A DNA stretch of 64,000 nucleotides, from contig OZ024757.1 of NCBI GenBank assembly GCA_964016885.1, forward strand, positions 40,362,001-40,426,000. Direction: 5' to 3'. Under the pieces are notes generated by a model, which was not told the DNA's origin, made no database searches, and saw nothing but the letters and a program-made list of their open reading frames with translations. A program made the translations under genes and the position numbers. Of this stretch, positions 13,561 to 28,610 are shown in pieces. The stretch's first letter is position 1. The number at the start of each line of letters is the position of its first letter. The stretch comes from Eledone cirrhosa. Taxonomy: Eukaryota.

Positions 13561-14000
13561 GGTGCAGACATGGCTGAATGGTGAAGAAATTCACTTTACC
13601 AAACTTGAGGTAGAACCATCTTCAATTCCATTGCCTGACTACTGAGATAAAATATATTTACCACAGCCTCGGGTTGAGCCATGTATTGTGAGTGAACTTG
13701 GTCAAGATGAAACATTGAAATAGCGCAAGAGGGGTTGTCAAAGACATACATCTGAGGTCGATGTCCTTACCGCATCTGGTTAATCCAAGCTTTGTGAGTA
13801 GAATTGGATAAGATGAAGAAGACACCCTTCGGTCAAGAATGACCATGTGATTTGAGCCTTGGCACCAGTAAGGTCGCAACTCTAGGTGAAAGACCATAAG
13901 GTGGATTGTCGAAGACATATGAGGTCAATGTCCTTACCACATCGAGTTAATCTAAGTTTTCTGAGTTGAACTGGTTAAGATGAAACTGGGTGAAAGAACG
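13561..14000 (+). mobile_element. Degenerate tRNA-derived SINE (different family) with a reiterated 3' segment
   Basis: ggtgcagacatggctgaatggtgaag head; ttgtgagtgaacttggtcaagatgaaac-like segment repeated near 13690, 13795 and 13965. Confidence 0.55.
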
Positions 14001-14271
14001 TAAGGTGGCTTATACTTGTAGTTCAAATGTTCAACATTGTTAGATATCTTATCATATTGATCCTCCGTTCAGTAATTCACTCAACTGAACGTCTAACCTG
14101 TAGTTTAATGAGTTTGTCACTGAACACTCCACAGACACGTGTACCCCTTACGTATATCTCATGGAGATGCAGCGTATCACAATATATATAACAAGGTTAG
14201 ACGTTCGAATTATTAATACAACTTATCTATCATGGTGTAAGTCGCTGAACATTCCACGAATATATATAAAT

Positions 14272-14469
<198 letters not shown>

Positions 14470-14594
14470 TGTTATATTTGGGGAGGGTCATATTTGCGTA
14501 ATATTGCCAGAATTAATAACAGAACACACTCACTGTTTGGTTGGTTTTCGCTTCTCGCTGTCTTTTATATATATATATCTGCGATCTAACTTAC

Positions 14595-14630
<36 letters not shown>

Positions 14631-14995
14631 GTAGAATAATCGAGTATCGAAAAATCGGCGCACGAGTTCACGATAAACAAAATTCGACATGAGTGGCAGA
14701 GGGCTCAATAATTCAGAAAATCAGAGCTATAACTATCGTTAAAATACCAACACACATAGATCATGTCTAAAATCAACCATACGACCGAAAAATTACGATC
14801 CGGAAGATTCGGGTCACTCAGATAAAATATCAATAAATCAATAAATCATATGAATGTAAAAAGCATATATATATATATATATATATATATTATCCAAGTG
14901 TGTTTATTTTCATAATTACGCACGAGGTGAACTAGCCAGCTTTTAAATTTCCTTTTTGGCATATTCTAGCAGTGTGTTAGGGTTATCGTGTTTGA

Positions 14996-15074
14996 GCTCT
15001 ACTGATGAACGATTTCAACCGTGACCATCCCCACTGAAAAGTTTCGTGAAATAGTCTTTAAGACTATATAGAGC
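14996..15074 (+). ncRNA. Canonical type I hammerhead ribozyme with a full stem III, inside a ~430-bp insert between (TA)n runs
   Basis: gctcta-CTGATGA-acga...tcgt-GAAA-tagtct(tta)agacta-TA-tagagc; stems I (6 bp), II (4 bp plus extension) and III (7 bp) all pair; predicted cleavage after A15068. Confidence 0.92.
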
Positions 15075-15319
15075 ATTTGTAGTTTTTCCAAATTGAAGGA
15101 TGAGTATTTAAACTTTATTTTATTCAGAGTTAGGGCTCTATTGGTTTTTCCCTCGATTTCACAAAATCTGTGGATAAATCTATGTCGTGATTTTTTAAAA
15201 ATTGAATTTGAATTATTTTCCCACATCATACGTTAATTATTTTTCCATTTTGACGTTATAGTCACTTATATATTATGAAATACTGTTGGCTTCATGCTCA
15301 CATTAATTTCTATATTTTC

Positions 15320-15478
<159 letters not shown>

Positions 15479-16197
15479 AGAAGAGAGGGACGCAAATCAA
15501 CGTGGAGCTGAGTTTTGGAAAGATCTTCTTCTCGATTAGGTCTGACTAAACAGAACAGTTTAACAACAACAGCAACAACAACAATAGCATCAAGATTAAA
15601 ACGCAGATAGAATTTGCTTTCTGGCCAGTCTGTATTAGAATAGGAGATATAGTATATATGAGGTTGTGTGTATATATGTATGTTAATGTAGTAATGTAGA
15701 TGTTACGTAATATATAAAAAAATATGTAGAAACTCTGCATGATTGTCCATTGGACATAGAGAGAGATAGAGAAAGAGAGAGAGAGAGAGAGTGAGTGTGA
15801 GAGAATGAGAGAGAGAGAGAGAGAGAGGGGAATAAAAACAGTGATAGAGAGAAAAAGATAAATTCAGAATATAAAAAAGAAGATAGCTAATCATCGATAT
15901 ATCTTCGAATCGATAATTCAATCATTCAATTAAGTAATCGATAATAACATAAAAGTACTATAGCTAGTAGAAGCTTTCATCTTGTTCCACAACAAAATAT
16001 ATTCTTATCAAGGAATTATTTAAGAATCAAACAGCCATGCCCATTCTATAGAGAAGAGAGGTGAACTAAAGTGGAGTGGATTCCTACCAAAACGAAGTCG
16101 ATTGTCCAGTTACTGAAAGAAGCAGACGACTGAACTGCCTCAACAAAACCAACTACAGACTATTTATAGACACCACATCGATTTCGTTTGACAATAC

Positions 16198-16249
<52 letters not shown>

Positions 16250-16394
16250 AGACGTATACAAACGCACACATACATACACACACACACATACATACACCCA
16301 CATACACACATATATATATATGGATAGATAGATAGATAGATAGATAGATCGGTAGATAGATGGATAGATAGATAGATAGCCAAGGAGATATGCT

Positions 16395-16471
<77 letters not shown>

Positions 16472-16915
16472 GGATGGACAGATAGACAAATAAATAATTA
16501 GATAGGAGACGGACAGATAAATAATTTTGAGATAGAGAAACAGACAGACAGACAGACCTAGAGAGAGAGGGAGAGAGAAGGTGGTGTTGTTAGTTTGATT
16601 GTTAATACTAGGCCAACAATCTGAATGGCATAATTAACAGCCCCAGTGCTGTGTATGTTAACAATACAACAATGTGTAAAGTTAACCTAATTTCAGGTAT
16701 ATATATATATATATTACATACGTATATACACACACGCACACACCTATATATATGTATGTATGTGTGTGTGTGTGTATATATATATATATTGAGGGAGACA
16801 GAGAGACACAGAAAAAGATAGAGATATAGAAAGAAGGATTGAGAGATGAATGACAGAAACTGAGAAAGAGAAACAGAAACAGAGAATGTCAGAGGGAGCG
16901 AGAGAGAGAGAGAGA

Positions 16916-16994
<79 letters not shown>

Positions 16995-17335
16995 AGATGG
17001 AGGAATTAGTTGGTTAGATAAAGCTGCAGCTTTACGACAGCTGGTTGAGCGAAGACCGTAAAAAAATTGGTAATATTGTGTCAAAACCTATTGATTTCCT
17101 GTGAAGTTTGCTACAGATGTGTATAGTATCGATACTATAATACAAATAGTTTTAACATATATGTAATTGTATCTGGCTTAAAACATAAATACAGACACCC
17201 TACTATTGGTTTTAGTCTTATATTCATATTAACACTTATTTGATGGCTATGTAATACATACGGCTAATGTAGTAGAAATCACTGGCTGTTTTTCCTATAA
17301 CGTTTTCGACGCCATCTTGTACGTGAGTCGTAGCT

Positions 17336-17373
<38 letters not shown>

Positions 17374-17494
17374 TATATAAAGATACTCAGCTCATGACTA
17401 CACCTCATCCTCTTTCAGTTTTCTGTTTATTTATTTCTACTTCTCTCTTTTCTTTTCTTTTATTTGTATTATAATATTGTAAACCATTCACTTC

Positions 17495-17980
17495 AGAATG
17501 TCTCTACATTCCAGAACTGCATCGTAAAACTTATGACTAGCAAGCGGCTCAGTGACCGTATATGTATCAGTGAGCTGGTTTGACTGTGTTAATTGGACGA
17601 CAAGGTCACTTTAGAAGCTCTCTACATTCCAGAACTACATCATGAGACTTATGACTGGCAAGCGGCTCAGTATCAGTGAGCTGCTCAACATTACCAAACT
17701 CAGACTACTCAAGAGTACTCATGAGTACTCAAATTATACGGCCATATAAAAAGGTCAACTCTTGGTGTGAGAAGGTTATGTTTGGAAGGAATGTTGGCTG
17801 GTAAGAGAAGCAGAGGCCGGCAGCCAAAACGATTGTTAATGTCAACTTATGGACTGGACTTGATCTTTGCTCTTTAAACTCTGCTGTTGGTGATCAAACT
17901 TTGTGGAGAGAGATATCACATGTTAATGCCCAGTCTGCAACTGGCGGAGTTTAGCGTTGCAAGGAGATGATTGTAAACCA
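17495..17980 (+). mobile_element. Degenerate RTE-like LINE 3' fragment with an internal duplication
   Basis: From 17728 it translates as LKLYGHIKRSTLGVRRLCLEGMLAGKRSRGRQPKRL. Confidence 0.75.
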
Positions 17981-17981
17981 T

Positions 17982-18340
17982 TAATCCCATATTCCTGCAG
18001 AACATTCCACAGAAGGGCCCGAGGGACGCAGTCATATATATGCCTTCCAAGGTCGACAAATCAAGAATGCAATTCTTGGCAATACTCACACGATTTCTCG
18101 AATAACTGCCGCAGTGTGAATATGTGGTTGACTGTAGTGCCTCCGGAGCAAAAAACCGCCCTGTTCATCAGCTAGCTTGGGTTCGACCGTCCCCCTGGGC
18201 TGCTTTGCTTGACACTTAGCGTAGACTTTATGATAAGTGTCTCGTTTTGGAGAGCCAACCTGATCAGTTGGATACGCTTGCTTCAGACTGATCCACTGGA
18301 AGGAGTGTTTCAGGACTCTGCCCCCACGACCCTCTCATCA
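17982..18340 (-). mobile_element. Degenerate RTE-clade reverse transcriptase fragment
   Basis: The minus strand gives DEQGGF...HIFTLRQLFEKSCEY...FVDL/AYDCVPRALLWNVLQEYGING, with a stop and frameshifts. Confidence 0.8.
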
Positions 18341-18390
18341 AGAAGAAGAAGAAAAAGACGAAGAAGAAGAAGAAGAAGAAGAAGAAGAAG

Positions 18391-18421
<31 letters not shown>

Positions 18422-18839
18422 CATTGGACTAAGACCATGCTGGAGCAAACGCCTAAAATTCACATGATGTTTGCTACACATGTGTAAAATAGTAATATCT
18501 AGATACAATTTAACATGTTTATATTTGCATATGCCTTAAAATCTAATAAAACCGCCTCAGTATTGGTTTTACTCTTGTATTCTGATTAATATGAAGTTTT
18601 CATTTTCCAATAAAATCTCAAATATGATTCCACTGCAAGATAATTAAAATATTGTAAAGTGTTATAGACCATAGAAACACTGAGGCAAAGAACCCTTGCC
18701 TGGTTTACTTTTTCCTTTATCTAACTGAGGCGAAAATTTCAATTTATAAAATTTATAAAGTATATTTTTTAGATCAATACACCGTTGAGTTCATTACAAA
18801 CTACTTGAATATGTATATATAGATATATGTGTGTGTGTT

Positions 18840-18912
<73 letters not shown>

Positions 18913-18935
18913 ATGTGTGTATATATATATATATA

Positions 18936-19028
18936 CAGGATTTCTCACAAAAATGTATACACGCTTCAACAACATTCTAATAAATATTGCTTGTATAGAT
19001 AATCAAAGTGTGTAATTTTGGGGGGACA

Positions 19029-19078
<50 letters not shown>

Positions 19079-19176
19079 GATGTCTCACAATAATGTATAC
19101 ACACTTCAACAGTATTCTAATAAATATTGCTTGTATAGATAATCAAATTGTGTGTACAATTTTGGCGACACCCTTT
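18936..19176. mobile_element. Two tandem ~100-bp Tc1/mariner-like MITEs in TA sites (18936-19032 and 19076-19176)
   Basis: Degenerate TIRs, TA-caggatgtctcacaataatgtatacac ... gtgtgtacaattttggcgacaccctt-TA; the two copies are colinear. Confidence 0.65.
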
Positions 19177-19744
19177 ATATATAGAGAAAGAGTGAGTGAG
19201 TGTGTATTTGTGACAAGTGTGTATATATATATATATGTGTGTGCTCGTGTGTGACAGGTGTGTTTGTATTCATGTTAGTCTTCGTATGTGGTTTTATGTG
19301 TATGTGTTACACATTAAAACCTTCTGAGCGTCAATATATGAGTTTCCTCATGAATGATATCGATTTGATACATTCTCTCGAAAGCAGAAGTTTATATACT
19401 GTGACGCAGGTTCAATCACCCGTCATCATGTCACACCTGTGTTCAAATGATAGGGTTTCTTTTAACGTCTGAATTATCTTCAAATAAGACACAGTGATAG
19501 TAGAATGTAGATACGCCAGATTACAAGATGTTCGACGATAGAAGTTTTATACTCTCAGTCACTTCCTGAGACGGTAACCGGGATAAGCACCAACCTAATG
19601 AAGGTCCGGGGCTCCAGACAGACTTTAGGCTTTAGACGTTTTTTAGAGGCCCCTCCCCTAAAGATCCTTGGCTTTGTGCCTGAATCAGTAACCATGTATG
19701 TTGTCCAACGGTCTACCGATACTGCTAATCCCCTGACAATGATA

Positions 19745-20010
19745 TACAACAAGCTGTATGGTATAAGGTTACAGCCCTTTACGATCTCAGTTCAAATCCC
19801 GCCGAGGTTAACTTTGCCTTTCATCTTTAAGGAGTCGATAACATAAAGTACCAGTAATGCACTGGAGTAATTACTGGCATTGTGCCAAACTTAGATGTTT
19901 TCAAATACCGTCGAGGTTATCTTCGCCTCTCATCCTAATAGGATCGATAAAATAAAGTACCAATAATACACTGGGGCTATTTGCTAGCCTTGAGCCAAAC
20001 GAGAAACAAA
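19745..20010 (+). mobile_element. SINE family 1, two tandem partial copies
   Basis: gttcaaatcccgccgaggttaactttgcctttcatc core present twice. Confidence 0.75.
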
Positions 20011-20478
20011 AATTTAAATAATTATATTGTTAAATTTCGTATGTAAAGCAGAGCTTCCTTGGAAAGGAACCCGTGATTAAATCATCTCTTTCCTCTCCTC
20101 GTGTCTTCCAACAGTTTTCACTTAATTTATTTTATTAATGCACTTAACTGAGACAAGAATATCATGCCAACTTATTTCCGATCCAGAGCTTCGTGAACAC
20201 GTACGAAATCAATATTATTAATTTTATTATTAAGCAAAAATAAAAAATCATAATCATTATATCTATTATTAATATTGTTAGTATTATTATTATTTTTATT
20301 GTTTTAATATTGATGTTAATATTAGTGACAGCGATAATACCATATGTACTAATAGCAAAAAATTCAAATTTACTAACACTACAGAAATATACACATACTC
20401 ACACACATCACTCTCTCTCTCTCTCCCTCTCTCTCTCACTTTCTCTCTCTCTCTCTGTTTATATATATATATATATAT

Positions 20479-20526
<48 letters not shown>

Positions 20527-20555
20527 CTACAGAAACTTCACGTTACACTCCCTAG

Positions 20556-20645
<90 letters not shown>

Positions 20646-20798
20646 GTATATCTGTGTATATATACATGTATATGTAAGTTCTGTATATGTACGTATGTAT
20701 ATGCAAATTATAAAATTGCATTATATCGTGTAATTGAACATATGTATGTATACATGTGTCTACATGTAGATTATGTAATTACAAGTAAGTTGGCTAAT

Positions 20799-20858
<60 letters not shown>

Positions 20859-21089
20859 ATCTACCTCCTTCTTTTCCTCATATACATATATATATATGTA
20901 TATGTGTGTGTTGTATAATTGTGCGAGTGTCTAGTTCTTTGTTCTTATTTCTTACAGTTAATGATTCTTTGATATGATAATCTCCAGGTAAGAGCATCAA
21001 CAACAACAACAACAACAAACTAATGAAACAAATAAAAGAAACTGAACAGCGGTGGTTGGTAAACTTCAAAAGAATCTAAAGTACTGAAA

Positions 21090-21900
21090 CACACTCAGAC
21101 ACATACAGATATATATTAACACATACACACACATATAGAAGCACATAACATACAGATATATATTAATACATACACACATATAGAGACACAGACACATACA
21201 GATATATCTTAACACATACACACATATAGAGACACAGACACATACAGATATATATTAACACATACACACACATATAGAAGCACATAACATACAGATATAT
21301 ATTAATACATACACACATATAGAGACACAGACACATACAGATATATCTTAACACATACACACATATAGAGACACAGACACATACAGATATATATTAACAC
21401 ATACACACATATAGAGAGACTCAGACACATACAGATATATATTAACACATACACACACATATAGAGAGACTCGGACACATACAGATATATATTAACACAT
21501 ACACACACATATAGAGACACAGACACATACAGATATATATTAATACATACACACACATAGAGAGACACCGACACATACAGATATATATTAATACATACAC
21601 ACACATAGAGAGACACCGACACATACAGATATATATTAATACATACACACATATAGAGAGAGACACCGACACATACAGATATATATTAATACATACACAC
21701 ATATAGAGAGACACCGACACATACAGATATATATTAATACATACACACATATAGAGAGACACATACACATACAGATATATATTAATACATACACACACAT
21801 AGACCTTAACACATACACCCATACACAGACACACAGACATATACAGATATATATTAATACATACACACACATGGACCTTAACACATACACCCATACACAG
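21090..21900. repeat. ~40-46-bp minisatellite (agacacatacagatatatattaatacatacacacatatagag)
   Basis: About 18 units visible. Confidence 0.9.
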
Positions 21901-22754
21901 ACACACAGACGCATACAGATACACACACACACAGGCGTTAACACATACACTCATACAGACACACACGCACACCTACAGATATACATTAACACATACACCA
22001 ATAGAGAGACACACACATGCATTAACATATACACACATACAAAGACACAAACCCGCATACACATATACATAAATACACACATACACACACACAGATACAG
22101 CCATACAAAGACAGATAGGGACACACATACACAGGCAGACATTAACACATATACCCATATAGAGACACACACAAAGACAGGCACACAGATAAACACACAT
22201 AGAGAGACACACACACACATATAGAGACACACACAGACTCGCACAGGCATTCACACAAAAACTCTGACACACACACAGATGTAGCCACACACAGCGACAT
22301 ACAGACACACACAGTGACACACACACACACTCCCACAACGACACACAGACATAGCCACTCACTGGTTATTATTAATCTTCATATAAATTATGTGTATTTA
22401 TTTTAATTTTATGAGAAAAAATATTTAACACAGCTAATATCATTTAAATACATTTTTTATCAGTATCATCATAATCATCATCATCTTTATCATCATCATC
22501 ATCACTATCGTCATCATCATCATTGTTATCGTCATCATCAATATCATAATCATCGGTATCACCATTATCATCATCAACATCAACGTCATCATTGAGGTTA
22601 CGGAACGGAGTATTGGAAAGTTACGCATCAAAGGGGCTATTCATATGAAGAGTTTTGAAATAAATTATTAATAACAAATTAAAGATACATGCTGTCGACT
22701 GCGCATGTTATCTTTCTACTGACCGACTTCTAAAAAGCCACAGGTCGTAAAATA

Positions 22755-23316
22755 ACGCTCCTCGGGCAAATTTCCCCTCGTTTGAAAAAGGTATTTAACC
22801 CCGAAATATGAGAATTAAGCTACATCTTCTTATTTTGTTTCTCCTTACTTTTCTCTACTCTAGTTTTAACATTAGATTTCTTATTTTCATTGCAGTGGGT
22901 TTCCCTAAACTTTCTTCACTAGGAATAATTTATCACCGCTCTTAAAATAGGGCTCCTCGCGCAAAATTTCCCCTCGTTTTAGAAAGTTATTTAACCCCAA
23001 AAAATAAGTTAGATCTTCCCATTTTGTTTGTCCTTATTTTACTGAAGTCCAGTTTTTACATTGCATTTCTTATTTGCATTGCAGTGGGTTTCCCTAAACT
23101 TTCTTTACTAGGAATAATTCATCACCGCTCTTAAAATAGGGCTCCTCGCGCAAAATTTCTCATCGTTTGAGAAAGGTATTTAACCCCCAAAAATAAGTTA
23201 GATCTTCCCATTTTGTTTGTCCTTATTTTACTCAAGTCCAGTTTTAACATTGCATTTCTTATTTGCAATGCAGTGGGTTTCCCTAAACTTTCTTCACTAG
23301 GAATAATTTATTACCG
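22755..23316. repeat. Tandem repeat, ~190-bp unit x3
   Basis: gctcctcg(g/c)gcaaa starts near 22757, 22951 and 23141; cagtgggtttccctaaactttct occurs three times. Confidence 0.9.
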
Positions 23317-23762
23317 GTGACAAGGCAGTGATTTAATAGCAAACTGCAGCGCCTACTGGACATGGAATAAAAGGAAGGAAAAACATGATTTATCCTCAGA
23401 ACGAAATTCTGGTTCAACTGCTTGCATATGCAAGCAAGGCTAATGATGTTTATGTTAAAACGTTGGACATATTATGTCTATCATATCACAGCCTCTACAA
23501 TTTATCCACAGAATGTACACACATATCCAGTCTGCAGTTATTCACTTACAAGTTGTAGGTTAAAACTACTAGTAACACACATATAGGATATATATATATA
23601 TCTTTACATCTATCTCTTTCTATATATATATACATCCATACATACATACATCTATGTATGTATACGTATACATACATATCTATTTATCTATCTATGTATA
23701 TATATACATGAATATATATATTGAGAGGGAGAGATGCACATGTGCGTGTATCTCTCTCTCTC

Positions 23763-23829
<67 letters not shown>

Positions 23830-23894
23830 TATATATATATAATATATATATATATATATAATATATATATATATAATATATATATATATAATAT

Positions 23895-23967
<73 letters not shown>

Positions 23968-24920
23968 AAGATGAATAATGACTTAGGAGATAAAACAACA
24001 CGACGGTGACAGGAATTCCAATGCTCCTTCGTAAACCCTGTCAGATCAAATGCAAAGTTAGTGATTTTTATCACGAAACACACGGTGACCCGTGGGACTG
24101 ACTTCATAGATAAGCATTTAAGATAGCGATAAACGGATTTTCAAAATATATGTACTCCTCTACATATTATATATGGACAACGACAACCTCATCTACACCA
24201 CCACACACACTACACCAATATCAATACCAACAGCAATACCCATTTATCGTCCCCGTCAACCCGCAAACCAGCTAGACAGCCAGCATTCCAGTGAGAAACC
24301 AGAAAGCAGAACGAATTATGTGGACTGATGAGAATTTTTTTGTGTGCCGTTCTCTTGGCATAAATGGATTTAAATAATGTCAAAGTAGCGACTAACTTTT
24401 AAACTAATGCACGAATTTCTGGCAGAAACTTTACCACGTCTGGGAGAATAATTGGCGGTATTTTTCTGGGGCTTTCTATTGTCGGGGTTCCTATCACACC
24501 GAGGTCAGTTATGCATTAATCGTGTTCGGATTTAGATTCTATGACTAGGATTGATTCCTGCTTCGTATCTCTTTCTCAATTCCTCTCCCTTTCGCTCTAT
24601 CTCCCTCTCTCAAAGAAATCAATGGTGCCCAGCTCACGATAGGGATGGGTACCGCCGAGTTTAAATGGCCAAGATACACTCAATTTCACGATTGTGCTCC
24701 TACGACTCTGTCGAGAGTTTAGGGCTTATTGATGGAATTTTACATTGATAAAACAAATGCCATTCACAGAACCATTCTAGTTCCTTCATCCTTTTCATCA
24801 AGTTTTAAAAGATGAAACAGAAGGAAAAAACGAAAGTGTGTGTGTGTGTATAATAATATATGTATATGTATAATAATATATGTATATGTATAATAATATA
24901 TGTATAATAATATATGTATA

Positions 24921-25107
24921 ATAATTGTTTCTACTTTTGGCACAAGGCCAGCAATTACCCAGTGCATTACTGGTACTTTATTGTATCGACCCCGTACGGA
25001 TGAAAGACAAAGGTAACCTCGGCGGGATTTGAACTCAGAATGGCAAGGGCCATAACTCTATGCGTCAAAGCATGGTGTCCCACCCTCTACCTATACTGCC
25101 AATCCAC
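24921..25107 (-). mobile_element. SINE family 1 (full length)
   Basis: Reverse complement of 209-398. Confidence 0.85.
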
Positions 25108-25325
25108 ATATATAATAATATATGTATAATCAATATTTGCTCTACGGGCTTATATATAGAATTCTTATCGAGCTCGAATATATGAAACAGCATGTGTATG
25201 TGTGATGAATTTATCTTTATATATCAGCACAGCTACACACACACACACTCACTCACACACACACGCACACACACACACATATATTTATAAATATACATAT
25301 ATATATAGTTATTCTCCACTTTTTC

Positions 25326-25427
<102 letters not shown>

Positions 25428-25720
25428 CTCGTGTATGTTCCTCTCATTGTTGTAGATATGTGTTAGAAGAATGAAATTTTTTAACCGTTTCATCTTTGAT
25501 ATGCATCCATATATATATACATATATATATATACATATATATACACATATATGTATATATATATGCATATATACATGTACATATATATACAAGACATTAG
25601 CGCGCTGTCAAGCATTAAGAATCATCTCAAGGTAACACATTTGCATATTATCCCCATCATAAATTGACTCATGTATATGTTATATTGGAACTTATGATGC
25701 TGAGTCATATATACACCATA

Positions 25721-25777
<57 letters not shown>

Positions 25778-26279
25778 TAGGGGGACAGATGGATAGATAG
25801 ATAGGTAGGTAGATAGACAGATAGATCGAGAGGAGGGAGAGATAGAGAGAGATAGAGAGATAGACTGAGAGATGAAACTAAACATCTAAATTACATTATT
25901 AAATGATCTCGGCAAATAGCAAATGGGCATGTGCATTTGTAAATTACGTGTTCTTCTAATGGTCGCGCAGTTCTTATTTATCATATATCGATTTGTTTGT
26001 TACATAATCAGAATTGGTTTTTGAATACCATTATGATTATTGATTTACTAAATGTTCTATCTCCATTTTCAGTTTCTCTAGTTCTTTCTCTCTACATTCC
26101 TCCAGTGTCCCATTATAAATATTCAAAGTTCTCTTGAAATTCACTCCAAATGTTTGCTGCCTCATTTCTTATATTCAACATTTAGTTAGATATTTCAATT
26201 GTAAATTTAGACTCTATTGTTTTGTATTTAAAGAAAGATCGCGTGAGAACTGATACACACATATACTGTCACTCTCAAA

Positions 26280-26590
26280 CACACACACTGAGTCAGTCTC
26301 AAATACACACACAGACAGTCAGTCTCAAACACACACACAGACAGTCAGTCTCAAACACACACACTGAGTCAGTCTCAAACACACACACAGACAGTCAGTC
26401 TCAAACACACACACATACACTGTCAGTCTCAAACACACACACTGAGTCAGTCTCAAACACACACACAGACAGTCAGTCTCAAACACACACACAGGCAGTC
26501 AGTCTCAAACACACACACAGACAGTCAGTCTAACACACTATCAGTCTATCACACACACACACACTGTCTGTCTAACACACACACACTGAG
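26280..26590. repeat. ~22-bp minisatellite (cagtcagtctcaaacacacaca)
   Basis: Direct reading. Confidence 0.9.
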
Positions 26591-26648
26591 GCAGAATGTT
26601 AGTAACACCCCCACCCACCTCAGTCACAGCCACACACCATTATAAAGA

Positions 26649-26837
26649 GCGGTGTATTGGCAGTATCGATAGAGGGTCAGACGACATGCTTTGCAGCACA
26701 GAGTTCCGGCCCTTTACGATCTGAGCTCAAATCCAGCCGAGGCTAACTTTGCCTTTCATCCTTACAGAGTCGATACAATAAAGTACCAGTAATGCACTGG
26801 GGACATTGCTGTCCTTGTGCCAAGGTAGAAACAATTA
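26649..26837 (+). mobile_element. SINE family 1 (full length)
   Basis: Colinear with 209-398. Confidence 0.85.
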
Positions 26838-26998
26838 GGTGTATGCGAGAGTGTATATGAGTGTGCGTGCGTGTGTGTGAGCGTATGTGCGTGTGTGTGA
26901 GCGTATGTGCATTATAGAAAGTCACACACAAACATGTAGCCACATGTATGATATACATACACAGACTAAAAAAAACTACATTTATATATATACATACA

Positions 26999-27030
<32 letters not shown>

Positions 27031-28217
27031 CAAACATATATACACATACTCATCCATACATACAGCCAAATACATGCATACATACTTAAATAAATACAAA
27101 TATATATACACACGTATACAATACATATGTACATACACACATACATGCAGACACACACATACATACATGAATACATACGTGTATACATACTTACATAATA
27201 TATGTATACATCCATACATATATACATGTATACATACGTTATACATACTTACATAATACATGTATACATTCATACATATATACATGTATACATACGTGTA
27301 TACATACTTACATAATACATATATACATCCATACATATATACCTCCTTCTTTTCCGTTTAATTTCTCCAGCAACGTTATTTACTTATATGTAAAACGATA
27401 AAACAATTAGATGTATCTCTGAAACAGCTTTAGTTTCATCAACCCTCTTATCCGTAGATCTGATGAATATATCGTGTTTGCAATAATAGGTGATTGAGAT
27501 TAATGCCTGTAGGGAGTTTCAGATATTTCCGTGGCAAATCAGATATAACAGTAACAACCCAACGGACGCTGCGTTTATCTACTTATTCAATTACAAGTTG
27601 TATTTTCGAATGATTTGTCGTCAGCCTTGTTTGATAACTTAAAGCGTACTGTTTTAGTAAAACGTAGATTTTAGGAGAACTTTAGACAAGCTAAACTGCC
27701 TCAGTTGTACAAGATCGAATCGAATTTTACATTTTACATTTCTTTGTTCGAAAATAGCCTGAATCAGTTCCAAGTTCTTTTTCATATGATATATATCGTT
27801 TTTTAAAAATGATTTTACTGCATTTATAATTATTTTAAAAAGTATATATTCCATTATAATTTCATGTAAGAACATTTGTTAAGCTATGTTCAGAACTGTG
27901 ACAAGGTTAGATATACCTGAGCTGGACAGTGGAGTCAGTTCTTGTTGGCTATAAAATGCCTCAGAGGTTTTGTTTATCACCTCTGCCAGCCAAACTCACT
28001 TCAATGCATTCCCCACGCGGCACTGACTCCACCTAATTGGGTTGGGTGTAAAAGCGAGAGCTTGGTTCTATAACCAATGCAATACTTGGATTGCACTAAC
28101 CTAAGATTATTGAGTGAGTGAAGAAACGACAGAAGCTGTGGCCATTCCATTCGATGATCTTCTTCCCTTATATATATTTATTTCCAATGAAACAGTTCTA
28201 GTCCTGTAGAAGCCAAT

Positions 28218-28248
<31 letters not shown>

Positions 28249-28249
<1 letters not shown>

Positions 28250-28610
28250 GTTTCAGAAGATCCCGTTAATGGTGAAAGCAGCGATTCGTTGCTTGCTCTA
28301 CGGGTTTGTGTGTAAATTTGTCGATCGACTTTCATCAAATCGGACCGAGAAAACAATGTTTTCGTTGGTCTTTCCAATTGCTAATACTATCTATCGGTCG
28401 AAACTCCAGGTAGAAATGAAGTGTCTTGCTCAAGGACATAACGCATCACCCGGTCCAGGAATCGATTTGACAACCTCACGATTGCGAATCCAGTTCTCTA
28501 ACCAATCAGCCACGCGCCTTCACTATGTTTTATATATATAAATATATTATATATCTCGAATACTTATCGAGCCCTCTTCGGATTTAGACTTCACATTAAT
28601 CATTACTATA
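28249..28610 (+). repeat. Family D repeat with a degenerate hammerhead, interrupted by a SINE-containing insert
   Basis: agtttcagaagatcccgttaatggtgaaagcagcgattcgttgc... resumes near 28560 as cttatcgagccctcttcggatttagacttc, matching 39790-39940. Confidence 0.65.
28413..28523 (-). mobile_element. tRNA-derived SINE head with a CORE-like motif
   Basis: Minus strand: gtgaaggcgcgtggctgattggttagag...tgtccttgagcaagacacttcatttc. Similar heads at 29853 (+), 40318 (+), 59836-59911 (-) and 62288 (+). Confidence 0.75.

Noticed and set aside
14780-14832. Minus-strand attttatctgagtga, resembling the family A start
   Set aside because: The core has an insertion and there is no GAAA/UH half
27585-27630. Minus-strand CTGACGA caaatcattc GAAA
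   Set aside because: Stems I and II do not pair convincingly
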